A stretch of DNA of 64,000 nt from Thermodesulfobacteriota bacterium. Lineage in GTDB: Bacteria; Desulfobacterota; Desulfobaccia; Desulfobaccales; 0-14-0-80-60-11. This document shows positions 54,172-63,621 of the stretch, piece by piece. A program made the position numbers and the translations under genes. The notes under the pieces were generated by a model, which saw only the letters and a list, made by a program, of their open reading frames with translations, was not told the origin of the DNA and ran no database searches. The stretch lies in contig JBFLXM010000012.1 of the NCBI GenBank assembly GCA_040757175.1, positions 15,806 through 79,805 on the forward strand, in the 5' to 3' direction. Positions within the stretch are counted from its first letter, which is position 1. The number at the start of each line of letters is the position of its first letter.

Positions 54172-55749
54172 ATGCTGGGAAAAGTGAAAAGCGGCGCGCT
54201 CCGGGGCGTGGACGCCTATCTGGTGGAGGTGGAGGTCTTTCTGTCCCCGGGTCTCTCCTACTTTGCCACCGTGGGCCTGCCGGAGGCCGCGGTCAAAGAG
54301 AGCAAGGACCGGGTGCGCGCGGCCCTGAAGACCTCCGGCTACAGATTTCCCGGAGGCCGCATTACCATCAATCTTGCGCCCGCGGACGTGCGCAAGGAAG
54401 GCACCGGGTTTGATCTGCCGGTGGCCATCGGCATCCTCGCGGCCCAGGGGATCATCCCCCAGGAGGTCCTGGGAAAATACTTGATCTTTGGCGAATTGTC
54501 CCTGGATGGCCGGTTGAAGCCCACCCGGGGGGTCCTGTCCATGGCCCTGGCCACCCGCCAGGCCCGGATGGCCCTGGTCATCCCCCGGGAGAATGCGCCG
54601 GAGGCCGGGGTGGTCCAGGATATCGAGGTTTTCCCCGTGGAGAGCCTGACGCAATTGGTGGAGTTTCTGGCGGGCCGGGAGCAACTGGCGGCCTTGCCCC
54701 CGCAACCGCTCACAGCCTTAAACCTGGACCTGCCCCTGGACCTGGATTTTCAGGAGGTTAAAGGCCAGGAGCCCGTCAAACGGGCCCTGCTTCTGGCCGC
54801 CGCGGGCGATCACAATGTCTTGATGATCGGCGCGCCGGGCGCGGGCAAGACCATGCTGGCCCAGCGCCTTCCCAGCATTCTGCCCCCCTTGAATTTCGAA
54901 GAGGCCCTGGAGACCTCCAAGATCTACAGCGTGGTGGGTCTGCTGCAGCCGGGCCAGGGGCTTTTGCACCAGCGGCCCTTCCGCTCTCCCCATCACACCA
55001 TCTCCGATGCCGGTCTCATCGGCGGCGGCAACATTCCCCGGCCGGGAGAGGTGAGCTTGGCTCACAACGGCGTGCTCTTCCTGGATGAATTGCCGGAATT
55101 CAAGCGCTCCACCTTGGAAGTGCTGCGCCAACCCCTGGAAGACGGGGTGGTCACCATCTCCCGGGCCGCCACTTCCCTCACCTACCCGGCCCAATTCATG
55201 CTGGTGGGCTCCATGAATCCCTGTTTCTGCGGCCTCCATGGAGATGCCCGCCGCGTCTGCGCCTGCACGCCCCAGCAGATCAAAAACTACCGCTCCCGCA
55301 TCTCCGGGCCGCTCCTGGACCGCATCGATATTCAGATCACGGTGGCCGCGGTGCCCTTCCGGGACTTGTCTGAGGAGGCGGCAGGGACCGGTTCCCGGGA
55401 AATGCGGGCCCGGGTCCTGGCCGCCAGGAGCAGGCAGGAAAAACGTTTTGCCCGGGCCCGCATCTTTGCCAACGCCCGGATGACTCCCCGCCTCATCAAA
55501 GAGTTTTGTCCCTTGGGACCGGAGGCCCGCCGCCTCTTGGAGACCGCGGTGGAGCGCCTGGGGCTGTCGGCCCGGGCCTACTCCCGGATACTGAAAATCG
55601 CCCGCACCATCGCCGACTTGGAGGGTGAAAACGACCTGGCCCTGGCCCACGTGGCCGAAGCCATCCAATACCGCACCCTGGACCGGCAGCTCGGCAGCGA
55701 CCGGGGCGTCGTGTTTCTTAAGGAGACAGTGGAAAAATATCTAACTTAG
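54172..55749 (+). CDS. comM: YifB/ComM family Mg-chelatase-like AAA+ ATPase
   Basis: VGLPEAAVKESKDRV, ITINLAPAD, GAPGAGKTMLA, FRSPHHTIS, LAHNGVLFLDELPEF, SGPLLDRID. Confidence 0.93.
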   Translation: MLGKVKSGALRGVDAYLVEVEVFLSPGLSYFATVGLPEAAVKESKDRVRAALKTSGYRFPGGRITINLAPADVRKEGTGFDLPVAIGILAAQGIIPQEVLGKYLIFGELSLDGRLKPTRGVLSMALATRQARMALVIPRENAPEAGVVQDIEVFPVESLTQLVEFLAGREQLAALPPQPLTALNLDLPLDLDFQEVKGQEPVKRALLLAAAGDHNVLMIGAPGAGKTMLAQRLPSILPPLNFEEALETSKIYSVVGLLQPGQGLLHQRPFRSPHHTISDAGLIGGGNIPRPGEVSLAHNGVLFLDELPEFKRSTLEVLRQPLEDGVVTISRAATSLTYPAQFMLVGSMNPCFCGLHGDARRVCACTPQQIKNYRSRISGPLLDRIDIQITVAAVPFRDLSEEAAGTGSREMRARVLAARSRQEKRFARARIFANARMTPRLIKEFCPLGPEARRLLETAVERLGLSARAYSRILKIARTIADLEGENDLALAHVAEAIQYRTLDRQLGSDRGVVFLKETVEKYLT

Positions 55750-55932
55750 CCACCAGATATCCTTGAAAAGAGTCCTTAGTTTCTGGCATAACTTAATACT
55801 TTAGAATGCAACTTCTAAAACTTTTCTTTTGCCAGGTCAGGAAATATTTTTCCTCCCATTTCGTGATCAGGCCCCTGCCTGGGAATATCTGGGCGGTGCT
55901 GGCGGTATGGGCTATGCCAAGGGAATTTCGCC

Positions 55933-57564
55933 ATGAAGACAGAAAGTGGTAACCAAATCGATTCCAACCCAAAAAATGGACCAGACCGGGAAAAAATGGC
56001 AGAATATCAGCAGCAAGAGAATAACTGGCAAGAAATGGCAGCTCCATATGACGCCATTTTTGCAGCATTTGACGGCCTTATATATATCTGTTCCCAGGAT
56101 TATGAAATTGGGTATATGAACCGGTATTTCATCGAGCGCACCGGCCATTACCCTCTGGGCCAGAAATGCCATCAGGCCCTTTATAACCTAGCGGAAAAAT
56201 GTCCCTGGTGCGCGGGCGAACGGATATTCCAAGGGGAAAAGGTCCGCCGGGAATGGCTCAACCCCCAAGACAACCGTTGGTATGCCGCGGTCAATACGTT
56301 GCTCCGGACTCCGGACGGCGGCAAGCTGAAGATGGCCTTGATCACCGACATCACTGCAAACAAACAGGCGGAAGAAACCTTAAAAAGCCTGATCTCTCAT
56401 TCCCCCATAGGCATTTATATTATTCAGGACCGGTTATTTAAGGTGGTTAATCCAGGTTTTCTCAACATTACCGGCTATCGTGAGGAGGATCTTTTAGGTA
56501 AAGATATTTTTTTCCTGGTGGCCCCCAAATACAGAGAGTCCGTCAGACAAAATGCCATCCGCTTGTTGAAGGGAGAAAATCCCGCACCTTATGAATACCA
56601 ATTCTTCACCAAGAATGGGGAGAACAGGTGGGTTGTAGAGACGGTTATCTCCACCAATTACCAAGGGAGAAGGGCGACCTTGGGATATTTCCTGGAAGTC
56701 ACCGAGCTCAAGCGGATTGAGGAGGCCCTGCGCCGCGCCAATGAGGATTTGCATGAATCCAACTGCCAACTCCACCTGGAAGTTGCAGAAAAGCGGCGGG
56801 CCGAAGAATTGCTGGAGCTTCAGGCCCAGGAATTGGCCCGCTCCAACCAGGAATTGCAGAGTTTCGCTTATATCGCCTCCCACGACCTGCAGGAACCGTT
56901 GCGCAAGGTCATTGCCTTCGGCGACCGTTTGCAGACCAAAGAAGCTGCAAATTTGAGCAGTTTGGGCAAGGATTATTTGTCCCGGATGCAGAACGCGGCC
57001 AAAAGAATGCGCCAACTTATAGAGGATCTCCTGGTTTTTTCCCGGGTAACCACCAAGGCTCAACCGTTCCAAAGGATAGATCTCAATGAGGTGGTTAACG
57101 GGGTATTGGTGGATTTGGAAGAACGGATCGCCCGCTTGGGGGCCCATATCGAGGTGGATCCTTTACCGGAGCTGGAAGCCGAACCTACCCAGATGCGGCA
57201 ACTGTTTCAAAATTTTCTTGCCAATGCCATGAAGTTCCACCGTGAGAATATTTCCCCCGTTATCGCCATAAATTGCCGCAATATTGATGAGGCAACCTGT
57301 GAAATTAAAGTTGCCGACAACGGCATTGGCATGGACCCAAAATATATTGATCGCATCTTTAAGCCATTTCAACGTCTTCATGGAAAAGGGGTCTATGAAG
57401 GCACCGGTATTGGCCTGGCCATCTGTCATAAGATAGTTGTGCGGCATGGAGGAACAATTAAAGTGGACAGTACCCCGGGGAATGGCGCCACCTTTATTAT
57501 AACCCTGCCTCTTTTTCAACCCAAAAAGGAGAGCGGCAATGATGGAAGACAGGAAGCCGATTGA
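55933..57564 (+). CDS. PAS-PAS histidine kinase (cyanobacterial phytochrome-type HisKA)
   Basis: RSNQELQSFAYIASHDLQEPLRK, NFLANAMKF, DNGIG, FQRLHG..YEGTGIGLAIC. Confidence 0.93.
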   Translation: MKTESGNQIDSNPKNGPDREKMAEYQQQENNWQEMAAPYDAIFAAFDGLIYICSQDYEIGYMNRYFIERTGHYPLGQKCHQALYNLAEKCPWCAGERIFQGEKVRREWLNPQDNRWYAAVNTLLRTPDGGKLKMALITDITANKQAEETLKSLISHSPIGIYIIQDRLFKVVNPGFLNITGYREEDLLGKDIFFLVAPKYRESVRQNAIRLLKGENPAPYEYQFFTKNGENRWVVETVISTNYQGRRATLGYFLEVTELKRIEEALRRANEDLHESNCQLHLEVAEKRRAEELLELQAQELARSNQELQSFAYIASHDLQEPLRKVIAFGDRLQTKEAANLSSLGKDYLSRMQNAAKRMRQLIEDLLVFSRVTTKAQPFQRIDLNEVVNGVLVDLEERIARLGAHIEVDPLPELEAEPTQMRQLFQNFLANAMKFHRENISPVIAINCRNIDEATCEIKVADNGIGMDPKYIDRIFKPFQRLHGKGVYEGTGIGLAICHKIVVRHGGTIKVDSTPGNGATFIITLPLFQPKKESGNDGRQEAD

Positions 57565-57991
57565 TATCCTGCTGGCTGAGGATGATGAAGACGATTATCT
57601 GTTGATTGCCGAAGCCTTGGAAGAATCGCGCCTGGCCAACAAAGTGCATTGGGTCAAAGACGGTGAAGAACTGCTGGATTATCTTTACCGCCGCGGGAAT
57701 TACGCCCAGCCTGGGGAATCGCCGAGACCCGGCATCATTTTGCTCGATCTGAATATGCCCCGGAAGGATGGCCGGGAGGCCCTGAAAGAGATTAAATCCG
57801 ATCCGGGGTTGCGGAAGATCCCGGTCATCGTCTTGACTACCTCCAAGGCGGAAGAAGATATCTTGCGGTCTTATGACCTGGGGGTGAACTCCTTTATCAG
57901 AAAACCGGTGCAATTTGAGGCCTTCGTGGAGATAATCAAGGTCTTGGGAAAGTATTGGTTTGAAATTGTTGAACTGCCCGGAGGATATTGA
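57539..57991 (+). CDS. Single-domain response regulator (Rcp1-type)
   Basis: ILLAEDDEDD, ILLDLNMPRKDG, LTTSKAEEDILRSYDLGVNSFIRKP. Confidence 0.95.
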   Translation: MMEDRKPIDILLAEDDEDDYLLIAEALEESRLANKVHWVKDGEELLDYLYRRGNYAQPGESPRPGIILLDLNMPRKDGREALKEIKSDPGLRKIPVIVLTTSKAEEDILRSYDLGVNSFIRKPVQFEAFVEIIKVLGKYWFEIVELPGGY

Positions 57992-57992
57992 G

Positions 57993-59048
57993 ATGTCCGC
58001 ATCCCCGCCGGATGAATTGAGAGTGCTTATCGTCGATGATGACGGAGACGATATCCTCTTAATAAAGGACTATCTCCTTGAAGGAATAACCAGAAGCCGC
58101 GTCTCGGTGGATGCGGCCATGAATTTCCAGGAGGCCCGGGATAGAGTAATCAACTCCCGCTATGATGTCCTGCTGCTGGATTACCTGCTCGGTGAAGAGA
58201 ACGGCCTGGAGTTTATTCAAACTGTTAAGCAGGCGGGAGTGAAAACGCCCATTGTCTTTCTTACCGGCAGGGGAGATGAAGAAGTGGCGGTGGCAGCCCT
58301 GAAGGCCGGGGCGTCCGATTATCTGGTAAAGTCGAACCTGTCACCCGAGTTTCTGGACCACAGCATCAGGTATGTTCAGGGATTGGCCCGCAAGGAAGAG
58401 GAACGCCGGGAAGCCTTGGCTGCGCTCCAGAAGAGCGAAGAGAATTACCGGATGCTGGTGAATAATCTCCCGGCCGTGGTTTTCAAAGGATACGCGGATT
58501 GGAGCATTGATTTATATGATAATAAGATCGAGGAATTTACCGGTTATAAAAAAGAGGTTTTTGATTCCCGGCGGCTGAAGTGGTGCGACGTCATCCTGCC
58601 GGAAGATCTGCAGAAGGCGAAAAACAAATTCATCAAAGCCCTAAAAACCAATAAGTTATATAAACGGGAATATCGAATAAGAACTCCTGACGGCAGGATA
58701 ATCTGGATTCATGCCAAAGGGCAGATTATTATTGATCAAGCCGGAGCAATAGACCATATTGTCGGCGTTTTTTTCAATGCCACCGAACTGAAGGAAGCCC
58801 AGGAAAAGCGCAAGAAGGCGGAGAGGGAACGGGAAAAGGTCATCTTCGAGCTACAAGACGCCCTGGCCCAGGTCAAGACCTTGAAGGGGCTTTTGCCCAT
58901 ATGTTCCCACTGCAAGAAAATCCGGAACGATGAAGGTTATTGGCAGACCCTGGAGAAATATCTTCATGAACATTCCGAGGCCAAACTCACTCATGGTATT
59001 TGCCCGGATTGCTTAAAGAGATATTATAAAAATTTTGTTAAGGATTAA
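57993..59048 (+). CDS. Response regulator REC-PAS with C-terminal CxxC..CxxC domain
   Basis: VLIVDDD, LLDYLL, YLVK, a PAS domain, then GLLPICSHCKKIR..THGICPDC. Confidence 0.9.
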   Translation: MSASPPDELRVLIVDDDGDDILLIKDYLLEGITRSRVSVDAAMNFQEARDRVINSRYDVLLLDYLLGEENGLEFIQTVKQAGVKTPIVFLTGRGDEEVAVAALKAGASDYLVKSNLSPEFLDHSIRYVQGLARKEEERREALAALQKSEENYRMLVNNLPAVVFKGYADWSIDLYDNKIEEFTGYKKEVFDSRRLKWCDVILPEDLQKAKNKFIKALKTNKLYKREYRIRTPDGRIIWIHAKGQIIIDQAGAIDHIVGVFFNATELKEAQEKRKKAEREREKVIFELQDALAQVKTLKGLLPICSHCKKIRNDEGYWQTLEKYLHEHSEAKLTHGICPDCLKRYYKNFVKD

Positions 59049-59163
59049 TAGGGGAATTTTTCTCGCGCTATCCAGGTCCATGCAGTTAATCATTATTTAA
59101 CCCCAGAGGCGTAGAGAACGAAAATAGTGCTTATTATTCATGACTTAAACCGCTGCTGAGATC

Positions 59164-59556
59164 ATGAGGAAAGACCTGGGAAGACTAGTTGATGCAGCCA
59201 GAGAGGTGGCCTGCCGCGCCTATGCCCCCTATTCCCGCCTGCGGGTGGGCGCCGCGGTCCTGACCGCACAGGGGCACGTTTACACCGGCGTCAACGTGGA
59301 AAACGCCTCCTACGGCCTGACGGTGTGCGCGGAGCGCGCGGCTATTTTCACCGCGGTGGCCCAGGAAGGTCCGGAGATGCGCCTCCAGGCCCTGGCGGTG
59401 GTCAGCGGCGCGGCCGGGGCCTGCCCCCCCTGCGGCGCCTGCCGCCAGGTGATCTTCGAGTTCGGGCCGGACGCGGTCGTCATTTTTCAGGGACAAGACG
59501 GCCTGGAGGAAGCGCCTATTGCCCGGCTTCTCCCCGGGGCCTTCAGCCTGCGGTGA
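59164..59556 (+). CDS. cdd: Cytidine deaminase
   Basis: AYAPYS..VGAAV, GVNVENASYGLTVCAERAA, PCGACRQVIFEF. Confidence 0.96.
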   Translation: MRKDLGRLVDAAREVACRAYAPYSRLRVGAAVLTAQGHVYTGVNVENASYGLTVCAERAAIFTAVAQEGPEMRLQALAVVSGAAGACPPCGACRQVIFEFGPDAVVIFQGQDGLEEAPIARLLPGAFSLR

Positions 59557-59711
59557 CGAAATTTAAGTCAGCCGGAACTCCTCCCGATTTCCCCCCCCTA
59601 TTTTTTGCGCAAAACCCTTTACCTCCTTGCGGCGGGAGCACCGCGGCCCTAATTTTAATACCAGGGACGCATATCCCCAAGTGTCATTTTTATCACCAAG
59701 GAGGGCGGATC

Positions 59712-59969
59712 ATGGGCTATACAATTGCGGGTTTAAAGGATAAGATTTTGGAAATGTATCCGGAGATCGCCAAATATGGGGTAGTCTCCGGCCTGACCTA
59801 CGACCAGGGGAAAAAAACCTACGTCTTCAAGTTAACTAAAGGGCCCCACGAATTATCCACCTATATTGACCAGGTGGACGCGGACGCCTGCATGGGCGGC
59901 AAGGAATGTATCCATCTGGGGGTGCAGATCAGCGAATTTTTGGATATCTTCAAAGAAGGCGAAAAATAG
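59712..59969 (+). CDS. Small hypothetical protein (85 aa)
   Basis: ATG preceded by GGAGGG. MGYTIAGLKDKILEMYPEI..DADACMGGKECIHLG reads as a natural protein. Confidence 0.7.
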   Translation: MGYTIAGLKDKILEMYPEIAKYGVVSGLTYDQGKKTYVFKLTKGPHELSTYIDQVDADACMGGKECIHLGVQISEFLDIFKEGEK

Positions 59970-60053
59970 CATATAATTATAATGTTAATCAGAGGGAGGC
60001 GGCGCCGGACACCTGGCGGGGCCGCCCCCTCAAGTCAAGGCAAGCGGAATCAT

Positions 60054-62411
60054 ATGAGGCTCTTTAAAACCAGCCCCGACCGGTTGGAAAAGTATCATCA
60101 GCGGCGGCGCTGGGCCCGGCGCTTCACCTATTTGTTCTACGGCCTGTTCACCACCTGTCTGCTGGCGGGCGCGGGGGTGGCCGGTTATATCTACTTTCAC
60201 TTTATCCGGGACCTTCCTGATTTCACCGCCATCAAGGAATTCCGGCCCCCGGTGGTCACCCAGATCTTTGCCCGGGACGGCCGTTTGATCGGCGCTTTTT
60301 ATGCGGAAAAGCGCATTGAAGTGCCTTACAGCCGCGTGCCCCGGCACTTGGTCCTGGCCTTTGTGGCCGCGGAGGACGCCCGTTTCTTCGAGCATCCCGG
60401 GGTGGATATCAGCGGCATCATTCGCGCCTTTATCCGTAATGTGGAAGCCGGGCAGGTGGTGGAAGGGGGCAGCACCATCACCCAGCAGGTGGTGAAAAGG
60501 ATTCTTCTTTCTTCCGAGAAAAGTTTCGCCCGCAAAATCAGGGAAGCGGTGCTGGCCTACCGCATCGACAACTATCTGACCAAGGAAGAGATTCTTACAC
60601 TCTATCTGAATCATATTTTTCTGGGGCATGGGGCTTATGGGGTGGAGGCCGCGGCCCAGGAGTTTTTCTCCAAGCACGTGGAGGACCTGTCCCTGGCGGA
60701 AGCCGCCATCTTGGCCGGGATTCCCAAGGCTCCCAGCCGTTATTCCCCCTATCTCAACCCCCAACGGGCCAAGGAACGCCAGGCCTACGTCTTGCGGCGC
60801 ATGGCGGAGGTGGGGTTCATCAGCCGCAAAGAAGAGGCCGCGGCCCTGTCCCAGCCCATCAAACTAAAGCCCTGGCGTCCGGATTGGATCAAGGAATGCG
60901 GTTATTTCACCGAGTACGTGCGCACCTTGCTGGAAAACCGCTTTGGCCGGGACCAGGTCTTCAACTTGGGGCTGAAGGTCTATACCACCGCGGACGTGGG
61001 GCTGCACCTGGCGGCCCAAGAGGCCGTCAATCAAGGAATTGCTGGCCTGGTGCAGCGCAACGGCTACCGGGGTCCCCTGCGCCACCTCCAGGGGAAGGAA
61101 CTAACTGCGTTTCAGGAACGCCAGGTCCGTTACTACCGTAAGTATCCCCCCCGGAAGAAACAATTGGCCACGGTCCTGATTTCCCTCCGGGACCGCCGCA
61201 GCCAGGCCCTCTCTTTCCGCATGGGGGATTACCAGGGGGTGATGGTGGAGAAAGCCGGGGCCCAGGGCCGGGCCGCGAGCCAGATGGCGGCCTTGAGGCC
61301 CGGAGACGTGGTCCAGGTGCGCCTGGTGGAGAAGGACCGCCGTCAGGGCAAATGGACGGCCACTCTGGTGTCCGCGCCCATGGTGCAGGCGGCCCTGCTC
61401 TCCATGGAGCTGAAGACCGGCAAGGTCCGGGTCATGTTGGGGGGCAAGGATTACGGAGACAGCACTTTCAACCGGGCGGTGCAAGCCCGGAGGCAGCCGG
61501 GCTCCGCGTTCAAACCCATTATTTACGCGGCGGCCATTGAGAAGGGCTTCCGGCCGGATTCCACCTTGATGGACAGCCCCATCTCCCTGCCGGGAGGAAA
61601 GCGGGGCCAGGCCTGGGAACCGCAAAACTATGACCATACCTTCAGCGGCCCCATCAGTCTGGCCACGGCCATCGCCCGTTCCCGGAATGTCCCCACTGTG
61701 CGGCTGATGATGGCCATCGGCGTGCCCTCCACTTTGAAGATGGCCCAGAACCTGGGGATCACCTCTCCCATCTTCCCCAACTATGCCTCGGCCTTGGGAG
61801 CTTCGGAGGTCACCCTTCTGGAGCTTACCCGGGCTTACTCGGTCTTTCCCAATCAAGGCTTCTTGGTGGAGCCCGCGTTCATCGACCGCATTGAAGACCG
61901 GGACGGCCGGGTGCTGTTGGAGTATCATACCCAGCGGCGCCTGGTGATCAGTCCCCAGACGGCCGATACCATGACCCAACTGTTGCAGGGGGTGGTGCAG
62001 CGGGGCACCGCCACCCGGGTCCAGGCCTTGGGGCGCCCCATTGGCGGCAAGACCGGTACCACCAATAAGACCCGGGACGCCTGGTTCATCGGCTTTACCC
62101 CCTCCCTGATCACCGGGTCCTGGGTGGGCATGGATGATGAACGCACCCTGGGGGCCAAGGAGACCGGGTCCCAGGCCGCGGCCCCGATTTTTATCGCCTA
62201 CATGCGGGAAGCCTTGAAGCAACAGCCGGCGGAGAAATTTGGGGGCGACGGCACGGTCCTGGCGAAAAAGGACATCGAAGAAGCCATAAAAGATGATGAA
62301 GAAGCCGCAGGCGAAGAGGATTCTTTCTATCCGGAAGATAATGCCATCCAGGAGAGACCCCCCTCCAGCTCTGCTTCCAGCCAGCAATTTTTCAAAGAAG
62401 ACATGGAATAG
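60054..62411 (+). CDS. mrcA: Penicillin-binding protein 1A (transglycosylase-transpeptidase)
   Basis: TM anchor, AEDARFFEHPG, GSTITQQ, RKIRE, YLNHIFLG, transpeptidase RQPGSAFKP, SRN, GGKTGT. Confidence 0.95.
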   Translation: MRLFKTSPDRLEKYHQRRRWARRFTYLFYGLFTTCLLAGAGVAGYIYFHFIRDLPDFTAIKEFRPPVVTQIFARDGRLIGAFYAEKRIEVPYSRVPRHLVLAFVAAEDARFFEHPGVDISGIIRAFIRNVEAGQVVEGGSTITQQVVKRILLSSEKSFARKIREAVLAYRIDNYLTKEEILTLYLNHIFLGHGAYGVEAAAQEFFSKHVEDLSLAEAAILAGIPKAPSRYSPYLNPQRAKERQAYVLRRMAEVGFISRKEEAAALSQPIKLKPWRPDWIKECGYFTEYVRTLLENRFGRDQVFNLGLKVYTTADVGLHLAAQEAVNQGIAGLVQRNGYRGPLRHLQGKELTAFQERQVRYYRKYPPRKKQLATVLISLRDRRSQALSFRMGDYQGVMVEKAGAQGRAASQMAALRPGDVVQVRLVEKDRRQGKWTATLVSAPMVQAALLSMELKTGKVRVMLGGKDYGDSTFNRAVQARRQPGSAFKPIIYAAAIEKGFRPDSTLMDSPISLPGGKRGQAWEPQNYDHTFSGPISLATAIARSRNVPTVRLMMAIGVPSTLKMAQNLGITSPIFPNYASALGASEVTLLELTRAYSVFPNQGFLVEPAFIDRIEDRDGRVLLEYHTQRRLVISPQTADTMTQLLQGVVQRGTATRVQALGRPIGGKTGTTNKTRDAWFIGFTPSLITGSWVGMDDERTLGAKETGSQAAAPIFIAYMREALKQQPAEKFGGDGTVLAKKDIEEAIKDDEEAAGEEDSFYPEDNAIQERPPSSSASSQQFFKEDME

Positions 62412-62420
62412 TGAGGATAA

Positions 62421-63260
62421 ATGCGGCAGATTGAGACAACGGAGATCACCCGGGCGGTAAAAGAGGCGGCCATTGCCGCCAACTATGATTTGGGAGAAGA
62501 TTTGCTGGCTGCGCTTAAACGGGGAGAACAAGAGGAGGAATCCCCCAGCGGCCGGGAGATCTTCCGGCAGCTTTTGGAAAACGCCAGCATCGCCTGCCGG
62601 GAACGCGTGCCCCTCTGCCAGGACTGCGGCCTGGCCGTGGTGTTCGTGGAGTTGGGCCAGGAAGTGCACATCGTTGGCGGGGATTTTGCGGAAGCCATCC
62701 AGGAGGGCGTGCGCCAGGGCTACGGCGAGGGTTTCCTCCGCAAGTCCCTGTGCCACCCTTTAACCCGGGCCAATACCGGGGATAACACCCCGGCGGTGAT
62801 TCACACCGAAATCGTTCCCGGGGACCGGCTGAAAATCACGGTGGTCCCCAAGGGCGGCGGCAGTGAGAATATGAGCCGCGTTTTTATGCTCAAGCCCGCG
62901 GAAGGACGGGCCGGGGTCATCGACCGGGTGGTGGCTACCGTCCGGGAAGCGGGCCCCAACCCCTGCCCCCCCATCATCGTGGGGGTGGGGATCGGCGGCA
63001 CCTTCGAGCGGGCCGCGCTCCTGGCCAAGAAGGCCCTGCTCCGGGAAGTGGGCAGCCCCAACCCCGATCCGGAACTGGCGGCCCTGGAGCAGGAGATGTT
63101 CCAGGCGGTCAATGAGTTGGGCATCGGCCCCCAGGGGTTGGGAGGCAGGATCACCGCCATGGCGGTGCACGTGGTCATGCAGCCCAGCCATATCGCCTCC
63201 CTGCCGGTGGCCGTGAATATCCAGTGCCATGCCTCCCGCCATAAGGAGAAGGTATTATAG
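62421..63260 (+). CDS. Class I fumarate hydratase / tartrate dehydratase family, alpha subunit
   Basis: PLCQDCG, NTGDNTPA, PKGGGSEN, PNPCPP, GIGPQGLGG, HIASLPVAVNIQCHASR. Confidence 0.95.
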   Translation: MRQIETTEITRAVKEAAIAANYDLGEDLLAALKRGEQEEESPSGREIFRQLLENASIACRERVPLCQDCGLAVVFVELGQEVHIVGGDFAEAIQEGVRQGYGEGFLRKSLCHPLTRANTGDNTPAVIHTEIVPGDRLKITVVPKGGGSENMSRVFMLKPAEGRAGVIDRVVATVREAGPNPCPPIIVGVGIGGTFERAALLAKKALLREVGSPNPDPELAALEQEMFQAVNELGIGPQGLGGRITAMAVHVVMQPSHIASLPVAVNIQCHASRHKEKVL

Positions 63261-63286
63261 ATTTCTTCTGGGAGGGAGAAGCCCGG

Positions 63287-63322
63287 TGAGCAGTGAGCAG
63301 TAAGCAGTAAGCAGTGAGCAGT
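63287..63322. repeat. Heptamer tandem repeat (GAGCAGT/AAGCAGT)n
   Basis: gtgagcagtgagcagtaagcagtaagcagtgagcagt. Other heptamer tracts: (GGAACYT)n at 13451-13477 and (ACGAAAA)n at 63577-63600. Confidence 0.8.
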
Positions 63323-63450
63323 CGCTTATTAGCCGCTGGCTCTCTCAAAAGAATGAAAATACTGGTGGGGCGGGCCTCCGTGCCCGCCAAGCGACTGGCG
63401 GCCAGGGACGGCCGCCCCACCATTTAATGCTGTTTATGAACTTTTCGTAG
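63316..63450 (+). mobile_element. Short non-coding repeat element, copy C
   Basis: GAGCAGTCGCTTAT..GGCTCTCTCAAAAGAATGAAAA..GGTGGGGCGGGCCTCCGTGCCCGCCAA..GACGGCCGCCCCACCA..GAACTTTTCGTAG. Confidence 0.75.
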
Positions 63451-63556
63451 ATAAGTTATAATCTTCGGAAAAAGTTTCTTCCTCTTATCCCTTCTCCCCC
63501 CGGGGGGGGAGAGGTTTAGGGTGAGGGGGGGGTGGCAAATGGCATCGATAACTTAT
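63451..63556. repeat. MITE-like unit with 9-bp inverted ends around a CCCTCACCC-type REP
   Basis: ATAAGTTAT (63451-59) / ATAACTTAT (63548-56) flank TCTCCCCCCGGGGGGGAGAGGTTTAGGGTGAGGGG. Confidence 0.5.
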
Positions 63557-63621
63557 TGAATCTGAAGTGCTTTTCTAACGAAAAACGAAAAACGAAAAAC
63601 GGTATTATAGGGGCGGGATAG

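Noticed and set aside
59325-59711. 214-aa ORF 59325-59969 as one protein
   Set aside because: The first 129 codons overlap cdd out of frame and intergenic DNA. The plausible gene starts at ATG 59712.
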